Assembly (NCBI RefSeq): GCF_964355755.1
Contig: NC_092671.1
Coordinates: forward strand, 26,610,070-26,674,069
DNA: 64,000 nt
Direction of reading: 5' to 3'
Source of the DNA: Antedon mediterranea
Lineage: Eukaryota; Animalia; Echinodermata
Shown: positions 13,501 to 28,500 of the stretch, one piece after another
Layout of the letters: every line of letters begins with the position of its first letter
Numbering within the stretch: position 1 is the first letter of the stretch
Translations under genes and position numbers: made by a program
The notes under the pieces: generated by a model
What the model was told of the DNA's origin: nothing
The model's input: the letters and a program-made list of their open reading frames with translations, nothing else
The model's database searches: none

Positions 13501-16500
13501 TTAAGTGATAAACAGAGGTATCAGAAATTGACTAAAATTGACAATGGTAATCATATTAATCACACTTGCAAGCCACTCAGCAGTATGTGCATTTACTGGA
13601 TTACAATACCATAATTGATCAAACAATGCTGCTGTTTTAGAGCACACAATAATATTTTCACCTGCTGTTCTTTAGTTAAATAATTGTGCACCAATGAACA
13701 ATTAGGAAATCTTAGTTTCATTAATAATTGTTCCATTTCATTATTTATTTTGTCTGAAGTATAATAAGAATATTGCAAGCCAAATTTTCTAACCGTGCCA
13801 ATAAATTACGGATACATCCATACATGCTTGTATACTTACAGTAATATCTAACTATTGGAAAAGAATGTACACAAATAAATACAGTTTAATCTTATATGGG
13901 GGAGACTTCAAAACGTATATACTGTACCTTGGAAGTGTATGCAACCCACCCAATAAAAATCAACTCATGAAATATCATAATTAATATTAGACCAATAGAT
14001 AAAAAATATTGTTTGTGGTGTCTCAAATTAATCAATGTTCTCTATACAAACAAATAAAATTATTATTATTTTCCCATCATGTTTGTTTTATGATGTTCAG
14101 CTTCCTGCAAAAAGATATCTTGCCCTCCCCTCACCCTTCCTGGAGCTGGACCCACCACCAACTGTAAAAATGCTTACCATTTTCAAATTAATAGCATAAT
14201 TAACGCATAATGCATTGTTTACAATACACAGTACCTGTTACATTGTCTTTTGTTTGAAGACAATTGAGGCTTAAACAAATTATTTTCATTTCAATAAGCA
14301 CTTGGAATTTAGAACAGATTTGGATAAAAACATAAAATGAGTGATGTCAAATCGTAATTTACTTCAGATAAGGTTAATATTTCAGAGAGGATGTTATTAG
14401 TTGACTAACCGTTAAAACTGTTATGTTCTATGATTTACAATGAATATGTATTTTTCTAAAGAGATATCTCATTAAAATTATTATCTTTTATTATGCCTTT
14501 TATGACCCTTTGTGTAGGCAAATTTAACAGTATTGGTGACAATGTGAAATTCACATGACATGCCTACTGTACAATATGGAATAATTGTCTTTAAACCCAA
14601 TTGTTCATATCAAATACTGTAGGCCCTATAATATGTTCTTGAAACTGATTTCCTCCTAGGACAATACTTAGATTGTTAGTGTCATTTCCATCTAGTGTAT
14701 TGTTGAAGGGCTTATACATTTCTAATTTCTACAACTATGATATATTTGCCCATCATTACATTTTACTGTGTATGTACTGCATTCTTATTCACATTGCTCT
14801 GTACATTCTGCTTATTAATTAATTCTACACTATCGTCACACCTTAATAGGTGTTTACACTTCAGTCAGCAAGGTTGTGTTTATAGCTTGAAGTTCGTCAT
14901 GACAGTGTTTTACCTTAAAATGAACTTGAATGAATTCATTTAGTATCTATCTCATTATACTTGTTATTACAGTAGGCCTACATGCTAAATATTATAATTC
15001 AACTTTGAAATGCAGTAGTAATTATTTGACTTTACTCTTTACTTTTAGTTTTTGATTAATTCACCTGTATATTTACCTTTATTATTGAAGAATTCATTGC
15101 AAATAAATTCATTCATTCTTTTTAAATTTATTTTTTTGATAATCATTAAATTTTTGTATACTTGAGTATTAGGGGGTTGTACTGCACTGTTTCTAATTCA
15201 AATGAAAAACTAGATTTAATGCCATATTTGAAAGGATGATATTTTTCTTGTTAAAAATTCCATTTTAATGTTAGTTTCATATAAAATATTAACTTTAATA
15301 AAGAATTATATTACATAGCCTATATAAATACGCGAACGTGATTGGTTGAAACTGCATCACATGACTACCGCTGCGAGGATCGTAAATCGTATATATCCTC
15401 GAGAACGATGATATTGACTGTGTAATTTTCGCGTAATAATCGTGTCCCCTGTCATTAATCATATAAATTCTCGAGTACGATGATATTGACTGTGTAATTT
15501 TCGTGTGCAACACTCGAGTTTGCCGATAAATAAACAAAAGTCATCTACTCGATCTTGAACTCGGGTGGAATTGTCACTCCATCGCAAGACAACGTTTCAC
15601 CCGCTGGGCCACGGAATTTGCTTGAAGAAATTAATCTTCTAAACTATTTAAGCTATCCATACATAGCGCCCTCATTTGTTATAAGTCCACCCTAAATGTG
15701 ATGAAACACCGTTTGTGATTGGTCAATACTCACGGTAGTAACCTAGTAACTATTACGCGCTGAACATCCGGTGATTCGGCTCCTCGAAGATCGAGAGAAG
15801 ACGAATTGTTTATTCGGCCTACCTGATTATAATATTATTATTAATAGGCTTATTGATGGAAATTCTTCTGTTAATTTAAACGACCTAGGCCTAAGTGAAT
15901 ATTTTATTGCCAAGGAATCATTAATTAGTAATTATCTGTATATTATTCTTCGCAAGGTAAGGTGTCTAGGCAGGCTTGTTTTAAATACAATACAAATACT
16001 ATAGGAGGCCTAGCCTAGCTTCACCTAACCCAGCAGACTTGTTCTTGGCTATATAATATAACAGATATTGCCTTTTATATCGGTTAAATATAAGATTTGA
16101 CATCCCCTCGGGAATGATATTAAGTTCTCGGGGAATATATATTTCCCTCAGCTGGCGCTTCGGGAAATATATATTCCCTCGAACTTAATATCATTCCCTC
16201 GGGGATGTCAAATCTTATATTTAACCTCTAAGCAGTCAATATCTGTATAATATGTACCTGAAAAAAAATTAAAAGCAAAAAAAAAGGCATAGTACAGTTA
16301 TGTCAGACAAAATGGTTTTTGGTTCAATTTAACAGTTTATTTTGTCTTATATTTATAAGTGAAACCATTATTTTTGTTTCTACTATGGAAGTGATTAACT
16401 TGATTAAAACTACAAAATGGCCTATTCAAAGTCTGATTTTATAAATCTTCATTTTTCATATTTTTGGGGGACAATACATCTTTAATAAAACTAAAGACTG

Positions 16501-19500
16501 ATCTTAAATATTGTTTTAGAAATCCCAATTGATTCCAGTCTTGATCGTCAACACTCGTTTTAATACAGTTTCCATGTAGCAGTATTCATTCACAGTCCCA
16601 CTCTGACGACATTATAGTAGTCCCTGAATGGTGTGCCTTTGATTACTCTATCATGGTGACGTCATTGCACAATCGCCACCAAATGAGGAACTGGTTTTAT
16701 TTTGAGTAAAAAAACATGCAACATGGCCTTTTGATTTTTGAATTATTTGTTGTTTTGAATTAGAAAACAGGAGCGAATACTGTTTACTAGCCCAGCGGTT
16801 TAAACTCATTAAATACAGTTGTATTTCATATACAGTAGCAGCAATTAGATTGTTATTTGTAGAACCTACATTTAGCGTTGCATTCAACACCTCTAGTGTA
16901 AGAATATGCACACTGTATAAATACGGTAGTGGTGATGCTGTTAATCTGTGGGTATTTATAATAAATATCCCATACAGTCCCATATCTTATGTTTGGCTTA
17001 TTAAATACTATAAATCATGAAATTTAATTTGTTAGGAACTATCATTCGCATCCGACAGCAAGTAACTCGCACATAACAGGATGAATAAACTATTTTATAA
17101 TTTGTTGAGATTGATTTGAGGCTTAGAGAGTGGAGTTAAAATATGAGTTATAATCCTTGCAATACAGTAGGTCAGGATTGAACTCTGGACCTAGCTTAGG
17201 ATTGAACCTTTGGATTGGAAGGCAAGCATGTTAACTCCACTATGATCAGGAAACTGTAAAGCTCTGTAGGTGTAGATAGAGTTTAATGTTGATCTAATAT
17301 TAGAGATTTTACACAGATGGTTTGAAGTTACTATTTCACATGGGAGGATCGTAGGTATCAAAAAGTAGTTTATAAATTCATTTTAGCAGTCAAAATGGGC
17401 AGTGCACGCACCTAGTATAACCCACCTATATCCACCCTTGTATGTACCAATCGTTAACTATCATGCAATGACATGCGAGGTAAAATGAACCAGTTAAATG
17501 ACAAGATACAGTATAGGGCCTACTGTACATACTGTATATTCACTAGGCAGTACGGTTAATGGTTAAATACCTCTCAAATTCATGTAGTCTTGCTTTAAGG
17601 GTCTTTCACACCTGTTCCGGCACGGTTCCGGTGCGGCGGCGGAAAATCCAATCGAACGTCAATGTTTCGTTTTCACGCGGCTACGCGCATATCGATTGGC
17701 GCATAGCCGCGTGAAAAGGAAACATTGATGTTCGATTCGCCGGACCGGATCTGTGCCGTAACAGGTGTGAAAGACCCTTTACTATACTGGCTGAAATTAT
17801 CCATACTTAAATAATTGCTTGAGTGACAAAATTGTTTAAACTATGACCTACTGTAGACGGTTCAAACCATGTCAAATCTTAGCTATTCTAAATGATGAAG
17901 ATTATCTGCCTTGCTGTTATGTTAAGCATGGGTTGATTATTATTAACTCTGTCGAGTGTGTGTACAAATCCTATATATCAATCAATCGTTTTATAGCCTA
18001 GTATGTTGTAAATAACTACTGTTATTGTAAAGCTAGTGGGATTATTTTAACATGTTACAAAATAAACAAAATAATTTTAGAAACAGCAAGGAATCCAATG
18101 TTGCTTTTAACATCAACAGAATAATCTCTCTGTTTGTACAGTAGGCCTATATAGTAATTCTGTTTTTTATGACTTCTGTAGGCAAATAATGAATGCTTGA
18201 TTTTAGACGTATTGTAGTTAAGTTGCCAGAACATTTGAGGTTTTAACGAATGAAAATAATACCCTCATTAAATGAAGAAACATTCATTATTTGTTTAACA
18301 AAATGATCATTTAATTTGAGGATTGTGGTTTACAATCTTCAATAATTAGGCCTACTCTATTGAACCCCATGAGTGCTTTTTTCGTTATGCGGATGCATAT
18401 TTGTACTATACTGCATGTTCATTTTTGTTGTTGCTTTAGATGTTAAACAAATTGAATGCTTTTAAATTTGTGTAATTCTAATGGAACAAATATTTTCATT
18501 CGGTGAAATTTGAAATGTTCTATTTTCATGAGACTTACCTCATAGAAATATTTGTACCATTGCATTCATAAACATTCATTAATTGTAAATTACAAGCTCA
18601 CTATTTTAAAGTAAACTTTGATTCAATGAAAGAAATTATTTTTTTTACACAGATATACACATGGGGTTCTAACACAGATGGTCAGTTAGGTCATACTGGA
18701 CAGTTGGTACCAAAAAAAGTAAAGGTAGGATTAATATTTGTATAATAAATTATTTATTGTTATTGATTTACAGTATTTATTGATTATACAGTATTATGTT
18801 TTGCATGTTTATCGTGAATTAGAAAATAGATTGTAGGAGAAACAAGAAATGGTCATACGGTCTTGAAAGACCAGTTTTCATCGGATCACTGAAGTTAAGA
18901 AATGTTGAGCCCTGTTGAATTCTTGGGTGGGAAACCATATGGGAATGTCGCGTCAGGTGCTTTATAAACCGGAGAGTGATGGTGAAATAATAAGGAATCG
19001 GACTAGCATGTGATAAGCATTGGCTTAAGTCTATCTGTACCATTGCATCCATAGTCAAGATGATTTACTCTCTCATTTCTCGGATGTGACGTTAACCTGT
19101 TGGTTCTGTATATATATATAGTGCTAGAACTTGATACACTATTTCAAAAGAGTAGAGGATTGTCTCCATGTGTGCTGATTTATGTAGGCGCTGCACTGCT
19201 GGCTTCTGTGAATCCGTAGAGGGCCTAATCCAAATTTCCTTCTTTCCCAGTATAGCATGAGGATGATAATTTTAATAAATACCTGCACCTTTCCGTTAAA
19301 CATGTTTTAAACTGCTGTCAAGACAAAAAGTGAAACAACCTGGTTGGCACCCAGTATTGTTTTTAAGGGATTCTACCTAAAAGCTTTCCTTTTTTTATTT
19401 CCCTTTTCCATAACTTTTGGTGACATTCTATACCAAATAGGTCTGAAAATAACTTATTGACTTGTATCATTAATAAAATGAAAAACTAATACATTACAAA

Positions 19501-22500
19501 TATTTTTTTTACAACATAACATTTTATAGTGTATCTTAAAAACAGTGATTAATATATTTATATCCTCAGATCAATACTTACAGTCAACATTGGATGAAAA
19601 ATATAAAACTGCAAATATACAGCTTCTATTATTAGCTAGCTTCAGTGCAATTAATATTGCAGACCAGTGCTGTATATCCACATACGATATTCGTACAGTA
19701 TCGATTGAACATCTATTTTTATTAACACAAAAATCTATTTTTAGTAGCACAAACATCTATTTTTATTACCACAAACATCTATTTTTAGCAGCACAAACAT
19801 CTATTTTTAGTAACACAAACATATATATTTTTAGTAACTAAAACATCTATTTTTAGATTCCCAATGGTGCGGTTGTCTGGGATGCAGCAGCAGGTTCTGC
19901 CCACACTCTGTTACTGGCTGATGGAAGTGCTAACCAGCCTGATATCTACTATTTAGGCAAGCAGCCAAGGTACACTACAAAGAAGCCATTATTAGATTAC
20001 TGTGAACATTAAGGTGCATGTTCAGACTTCTGCTTTCTTGAATGAAATGCAGGTTTCAGTCCCTGGTCGGTATTATGGAGCTCGACACCACTTACTGATG
20101 CACTGAGATAATAATTATATAATGCTGTCTAAGCTTGTTATTTCTAGGTGTACAATACAGTACACTTTTATTGGCTGAATTTAGATTTCTAGGTATAAGC
20201 TTGGTTCCCACTAAAGACGCAGCGCAAAGATGTAGACACAGTAAAAGTTACTTTACCAATGACAAGCGACAGTTCAAATAATCCATGGCTTGTGATTGGT
20301 CAAATCACTTGCGTTGTATTACTTTGTGTTGCGTCTCTACTGGGAACAAACTATGGGTTAAAGATTTTCTTTGATTATTCTGCCTATAAACAAGGCTTTG
20401 GTGTTGCTTATTTCATAATTTATAACATGTACAGTAATAATGAATAGGAAGTAATACGCTATAACAATAATAACAGAGGATCCTTTGTATTGAAATTGAA
20501 TTACATTTGCATACAATTTAATACTTTTTTCTTCTTTATTTTACTTTATTTGTGGAAAATAGTTTAGCAGAACTAAAAGAAGCCAAGGCCCAATTAAGTG
20601 ACAAAGACACAGGTAAAGATGCTGCAAGGGAAGGCAGCGCAAAAAGTCGAAAGCAAGCCACGTCGAGCATCACCAAGGGGCCTACGGTCAAATATGCAGC
20701 CAGAGCAAAACAACCAGAAAGAATGGCATTTATCAGGAAAGAGGTATTACAAATATACTTTTGATTTCATTTGCATTTATTATTGATCTAATAACAGAAC
20801 AAACCATTGAATCATGACTTGCATTTGGAGTCAGTTTTAACTTGTATTTGTTTCTAATACTGATATGTCATTACAGTGTGGTTGGGCATTAGGTGTTGCA
20901 GCAGGTAGCGATTCCTGTGCTTGTGTATCTGATCGTAACACAAACGGTTTGGTGGCAGGCTTGTGTGAGTTTGCGTCGATGGAGCGTAGTCTATTCTCAC
21001 AGCTGAGCACTCTCAAGTCAGTCGTTATCAGATCTTTACAAACAACAGGTCAGTGTACTTTACAACATTACTTTCTTCTTTTGATGCTATGACATATTTT
21101 TGTTATACTTTTTGCATTATTTGCCCAATACAGTAAAACCAGAAAATAAATTTTGATAGTAATTGAAATTTGCAAAAGTGTCATGATGTTCAGTATTGGT
21201 TATGCAAAATACAGTATAGAGTACTACAAGCACTTTACAGTACATGTGTGTCTATAGAGTACTACAAGCACTTTACAGTACATGTGTGTCTATAGAGTAC
21301 TACAAGCACTTTACAGTACATGTGTGTCTATAGAGTACTACAAGCACTTTACAGTACATGTGTGTCTATAGAGTACTACAAGCACTTTACAGTACATGTG
21401 TGTCTATAGAGTACTACAAGCACTTTACAGTACATGTGTGTCTATAGAGTACTACAAGCACTTTACAGTACATGTGTGTCTATAGAGTACTACAAGCACT
21501 TTACAGTACATGTGTGTCTATAGAGTACTACAAGCACTTTACAGTACATGTGTGTCTATAGAGTACTACAAGCACTTTACAGTACATGTGTGTCTATAGA
21601 GTACTACAAGCACTTTACAGTACATGTGTGTCTATAGAGTACTACAAGCACTTTACAGTACATGTGTGTCTACTGCTTAAGCCTGGTTTCCATAAAATCG
21701 CTACACGACAGATCGTAGCGATTCTATGGAAACGCTAGAATTTATCGGGGATCTAGTACGCGAGCGCTAAATATTCTTTGGTACGCGTATACGATTCATC
21801 GCCGACAAAATCGGCAAAGTTGAACATGGTTGAACTTTGCCGATATGACTGCGATGAATCGGGGAGCCTTCCCGATTGCGTCGGCGACATCTGCGTGTGT
21901 AGCAATTTTAATGGAAACGCTGTAGCGATTTAATGGAAACCAGGCTTTATAAAGCGATAGCTATTTTGTTTGCTTTATCACATTCAGTTAACAAAAGGAT
22001 AAGATTCAAGATTATTTGTTCATCCATAAAATACTGTACTGTACAATGATGCCTGGGAATTGGGTCAAACAAATGCAAGCACCTTGCAGTACACGTACAC
22101 GTGCACCTACTACTGATAAAGCTGTCAATCTTGTTACATTGCTGTATTTAATTGTACTTTATTTTTCAAATTCATGAAAGTTGATGTCGCGAAAATGGCC
22201 GTATAACCAATTCGTGAAGGTTTCATGTCGCAAAAGTTTCTGGTTTTACAGTATTACTTTATTTTACTATAAGCTACTCTCTCTACTGTTTGTTTCCTCT
22301 TTTTATGACCTTAATAATCTTGATTTGTTTATATTATTTTGTCATTTTAAAAACAGAAATATCCAAAAGTCTGCTTGGCAGTATCTACGAACAGCCCTAC
22401 CAAGATTTTCTTGATACCTTTAATGGCATCTCTAACATCGTATATCAGACATCCATACAATTGACATCAGTCCTCCAGCAACGACTTGATTTGGCAGAGT

Positions 22501-25500
22501 TATTGCTATTGAAGAACAGAGTTGAATATATTGAGATCTTCAGAAAATACTCCAAAGCTCTTAGTCAACTTATTAACATTGCAGGCTTTTCTCACTTGGG
22601 CAAGCTAGCAAGGTACAGTTATTGTGTAAAGCCAGATTTGGAGCTTTCAATTTGTTGACAACCTTTGACCTAGGACTTCCATGTAAATTATGCATTACAT
22701 CATTTGTCAAAATTCATTGTCCGCTAATTTTTTTTACCTGTATCCCAAATGAAAATTGAAATGCGAATAATATACTATCCATGAAAAAAATTTAAGGTTG
22801 TCATCTGAACCAAAATTGGTCCAAAACAAACAGTACCTCCCGACGTCATAGGTCCTAGGTCGTAATCAAAGTCTCAATAAACATGGGCAGTGTCACTATC
22901 TAATCACCAGAGCCATAAATAAAGCTATGTCTACCTATCAAACTTTATGACAAAAATGTGATGTGCTCATATATGGACACGATGATGTCATAACACTATC
23001 TTTGGGCACATCACACTTTTTTTGTCAAACTAGTTTGATGGTGTAGACAGCTGAGCTTTAAAAGAGTTAAAATATTTCCCACATAGATCCAAATTTTGTA
23101 TCAAGCATGTGGTCTCTGTCGGCATTTGACAAATACAGTAAGTCTTTTAGTGTTGTAGAGCACATATTGTCTATGATGTATATGAGTGCATTAGTATCCA
23201 ATGTACCATTTATGTTTGCTGAAATAACATTTATATTTTTTGCAGTGAGGCTTTGAGCAAACATGAGGCCTTATTGTCAGACATGGCAAATGGAGATGTG
23301 AAAGTTGACAACTGTGGTAGTATACTGAGAACTCTGTTTAAGCGACCAGTTGATAGGATCTTAGTTTATAGTGATGTTTTGCATAGGCTTAGCCAGTTGT
23401 ACTCACCGGTAAGCAAAGAAGTAATAAAAGCATTAAAGCTCCAAATGTCAAATAGTTATGGATAGACCATATAAACCCAATGTTGGTATAGTTTTTAGGT
23501 CAACTCTACAACAATAAATTCTTTTTCAAAATGCATTTTAAAGAGTGGAAACTGGTTTTAACCTCTGCAACCTAAAGAAAATTCTGGATTGAGAGAGAGT
23601 ATCCCGCACTCAAGCTTCTTTTGACTTCTGTAATAAAGTTAGTTCCACTTTAGTACCTGATTCTGCTCAAATCAGATACGATAATTTTAACCTTTGATCT
23701 GAATGACAAATTTTGCGCTGTGATTGTAAACTTGGTTCTTCGGTAATGACTGCTCACTTTATTTTTATTAATTATCTGATTGGTTAACTTAACCAATAAT
23801 TTTTGTTATGGCTGCGGAAACACAGCCAAAATAATAATAAATGTGTAATATATCAATCTATTATTGTGTTGTCAGGAATCTCAAGAATGTTCATTGCTAA
23901 GGGATACAACTGCATTGTGGGACAACCTATCAAAGGAAGTAAAGAAGCAACAAGATATAGCTGAAGAGACTAGAGCATTCTGGGAATCTTGTCCAGCTAA
24001 ACTACAGGTAAAGATTGTTATCGTAGAGATACAGGATTCTATTACGATTTTGTATACAAGGAACGTCCACTGGTGTGTCTGATTCGGCAATGTGCTGCTA
24101 CCATATTATGTAGCCCTGTCCATCGGTGAATCATATTATTAGTTGTGATTTCATTGAACTTTAACTTGTACTTGTATTGATACAAGCATTAGTATGATCT
24201 ATAATTCTTTTTCTATGAAAATAACATTTGAACAGGAAAATATTAAAAGTGCCGACCGGAGGGTTATCCGAGACAGTAGACAGCAGTTGCTACAGCTGGT
24301 GAATGGAAGCAGGCTATCTGTTCATTGGTTCCTACTATTTAGCGATGTATTTGTACATGTCCAGGTAATTTTATAAATGTATTTTATTCATATTTATCAC
24401 TTTTTGTTATATTGCCACAACATGTTAATACACATCTTTTTAGAGAGATTGCATTTTAAAATTTAATGATTTCAAATTATTATGGTTTTTTTGTACTTTA
24501 TAAAAATAGTTGTAGGTTCAAATCCTTTAGTAGTCTGCCTGTTTTTTCGTTTACTTTTAGAACTTTCTTGTAAGAATTGGTAAAGCAAAGGTAACATTTG
24601 AGTTAACTAACCATTAGACCACTTTTATTAACAAAATTAATAGTTTTGTTTTCTCATCATTATGATTTTTACCTCTTTTTTTTTTGCTGTCATCAAATTT
24701 TTAAAAATGTATTCCATGGAATCTAAAAATAATTATTTTGTCGTGATTCTGTAAACTTCATTTCAACATTGCACCTGTTATGCCGTAAATTACTATTAAT
24801 TTTTTCCCTAAGACCTTGTTCACACTAGCAGATCTCGGAGGTTACTTTTAGTATGATCTCAATCCTATTTGACCAATCCAGATAGTGTAAGTTATCAAGA
24901 ATGGAAATGGTAGCCATTTGACCCTGTTTTCTATAAAAGTCAATTAACCCCTAGTATTCATTTGTTTTATCAGTGTTACAGCTCCAGATAGTATATTCAT
25001 TTTTTTTTCGTGTGAGAATTCCGGATATGACCTCAGGGATTGTGTATTTTGGATCAAGAATGAACTGTATGGATACAGACCATTTACTTTTAGACATGCT
25101 AACTATTAGATTGCATGTGTGACTAAGCTTAAATAATTCTATATCTACTACCACTCATGGGTAACAATTGCTTCAAGCTATTTGGGTACATTACACAAAC
25201 AACAATTTTTATGGCTAAAACATTTTTAGATTCCCATTTTTTATTTTCCTTTGCTAATGTCTTTTTTTATTTTACATTTTACACTTCATTTTTTACAAGC
25301 TCATTTTACTGTACAATATTGAAATTGGAACCAGTTCTGTAAAACATCTAAAAATCAAATGAATATTCTGTGTTATTGTTTGTAATATCCAAAATATACC
25401 ATAGAACTCGGTTCAGGCTGCTCTTCCAGGTCAAAGCAATTAGCACTTTAGCCTTAGATATTTCATACCATCCAGTATACAATATTTGCAATATCTACAC

Positions 25501-28500
25501 CTTTTACAGCTCAGTTTTTTCAGATTTTTATTTTTATACTTATTTAATTAGCGCACATATTCAAACCATATCACCCGTTTGTGACATCAGAAATTATTTA
25601 TTTTAAAGAAAGGGTTTTATACAGCATACAGTAAATCAGATAAATGTTATTGTTATAATAAAACTGGAATTAAGATTGTGCTTTTGCCATCCAAACATGA
25701 CCTACTTGTTTCTGAACAGGGTCAACTAGAAAAATGTGCTTGCTTGTTAATCTGTAGTAATAAGTACTTTTAGATTTTTTCTTGCTGCTACCTATGATAT
25801 GCGCATGTGCTAGGCGACTCGCCAAATTGAGCACATGTTCAGTGGTATTTTGGCATTCGCTCTCTGACATGAGTACATAGGTCATAACAATGCAAACGTT
25901 TACCAAAATCATGGTGGAGAATGATCTCGCAATGATTTTCTGAGAATGTAGTAAAGTGAATATCAGCCTTCGTTCAGAAAATTAAGGATCTAGGCCTAAT
26001 ATCCCAAGGTCATTACGTCATATGTCACTGGCACGTTAACGTAAATGTCCAACTAAATCTAAATATATCTGTTGACGAGTAACAGTCGACTATGATCCAT
26101 GTGAACGTGAACTTTGTTTACTTTCACTCATGTCTAAAAGTCCTTAGTGTTGCATGTTTGTCAAAATATTTATATGTGGTTAAAAAATGATTACTTATGA
26201 ACAATATTTGTTTTTATTTTATCGACACAAAAGACTGACAAAAAGCTTCCCCTGAATCCAAACGAGGATACTGATGAGGTATCAATACATTTATTGTCTG
26301 TCTGCTTGCATCATTTCTCCCCTGTTATAGTCATTGACTCTATGTTGTACCATTTATTATTATTCCACATGTTTGTTGTATTAAAAAACTTTCATATTTA
26401 ACTTGGTTCCATGCTATTTTGTGAAGATCAGAGCGCTCTTAAGTGATTTATTGTTAGAAATTTTCTAGCAACACAACACAAAGAGATAAATGCACCGCCA
26501 GTAATTTTACCAATCACGACGCGATAGATCATCTAAACAGTCACTTGTGATTGGTCAACTCACTTGCATTGCTTCCAAGTTGGAACCAAGCTTTATAAGT
26601 AGATTTAATGTCTCTTTTATAGATACTGCTACTGTATTTGTTGAACAATAATTCTTTTAACAATTATTGTTTTACGATTTTATTTTAATTCAATTATACA
26701 TCCAACAGTGAGGTGCCAATTACAGGATGTCATAGATAAACATTTAAATATAAAATGCATAAAACAATAATATTCAAAAAGATAAAAATGCTTTCATACA
26801 TAATTGCAGAATATAATATAAATTAAAAAATGTATACACATTAAGATTTCTTAATTTTCTAATCTTCTATATTATGTAAAACCAGGGAATACAGTAGCTC
26901 CTCATAACTCTTCATTCAACAAATTATCTTAGTTTCAAACAACTGCTAATTATCAATTAAGTTAATTCAAAACATTAAACCATGGTTATATACAAATATA
27001 AATCCTCTATAAACTACATGCTTGTTATTGAGTCATTGTGCTTATTATTTAAACCATCTTTTATTGCCTGATTTTTAATGAACTATATTATTGTGTGTAT
27101 TTTAGTATAGCTTTTAAATAGAGGTATGATTCCAATTAAGGACAGTTCTGGTCTTTAATTAGATGATCACTATTAAAGCACTAATATTCATCCAGGCTAT
27201 ACACTGTCTGTAGAGGAATTATTACATGTATTGAACTTTAATTGGAAGCAGACCTTATTCACATTGGTAGTTATAGGGAGCCTATCGATTTGCAATGATG
27301 GGACTACCTAATACCTACACATTTTAGGGCATTGTCTGAACCCAGAAATCACCACTGTAGAGTCAAGAAGCATTTTCCAGCTTCCTCGCATGCTGTCAAA
27401 ATTAATTGTTGGTTGTTGGTCATTGCAAATCGAAAGCTTTCTTATAGTCCTTGTTCCACCATATTAACACTGGCACACTTGGCATGTCTGTATTTATTTC
27501 ACCAAACCGCACATATGTATTTCAAAGATTATATTTCTTGTGTTATGTATATTGATTTAATTGTGCGATGTAGTATAATATTGTATTATAATGATAAAAT
27601 TGTAATGTATAAAAATGAAATTTTATATTTTATATCAATGCAATACTGGTGGTGTGATGTGACTCATGAACTTCATTGCTCATAAAAAGGAAAAATATGT
27701 TTTACCAATTTTTCACCCTCCCAGGGACTACATCTACATTAGAAATATGTGTTCAGTTTACAATTATAATGGGAAAGGTTGCTGTTCATTTTTAAATAAT
27801 AAACATATTGGTTGCACCATACAGATATTGTACTTTGATATTTTTCTATTTAATTTAATAGAATTTAAAATGCACTTTCAAAACTTTTTTATTTGTATTG
27901 CTATATTTTACTATTCATTTTTTTGTTTCAATTATGTATGTATTAAATAGATAACATGTTTATTTTGTAGAGTGTATCTCATTATATCTACCCACTGAAT
28001 TTGGTTTGGGCAGAGCCGGTCCAAGATTCTCAACAGCACAAGTAAGCAAACATTTTTGTTAAACTATAAATTAATTAATATATTAATTATTGCTAGGATC
28101 TTAAATCTGTCTAGCTGATGAATGTTGTGTATAACCAGTTAAAAATGTGTACTGTGAAAGCTACAATTGTACTGGACTTATTTTAGTAAGGAAAAGGAGG
28201 AGGGAAATCTTACTGCTAACCACACAGGGATTTTCTTGGCTTGGTGAGTTTACCCAGCTCAAAGTAGGACTGAACCATGAAAAGCATGTATGTGACTAGG
28301 ATAGTTTTACCAAACGATTGTAATTTTTTGACTTCCCATACGTTTTACAGGAGAAATACATTATATTTAGTGCCAGAGGTCAATAAATTCTTTCCTACTA
28401 AAAAAATTAATTTTGTAAACTATTGAGAAAACATGAGTGGGCAAGCTTAATTGTGTCCATTTAAATATTATGGATTTAAAATATATATGTTTAGAGTACT

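Noticed and set aside
18850-18965. Genuine 5S rRNA gene (also 39170-39285)
   Set aside because: Highly diverged and fused to a SINE body in both copies.
21215-21670. CRISPR-like 38-bp repeats
   Set aside because: Units are head-to-tail with no unique spacers, there are no cas genes, and the array is in a eukaryotic intron.
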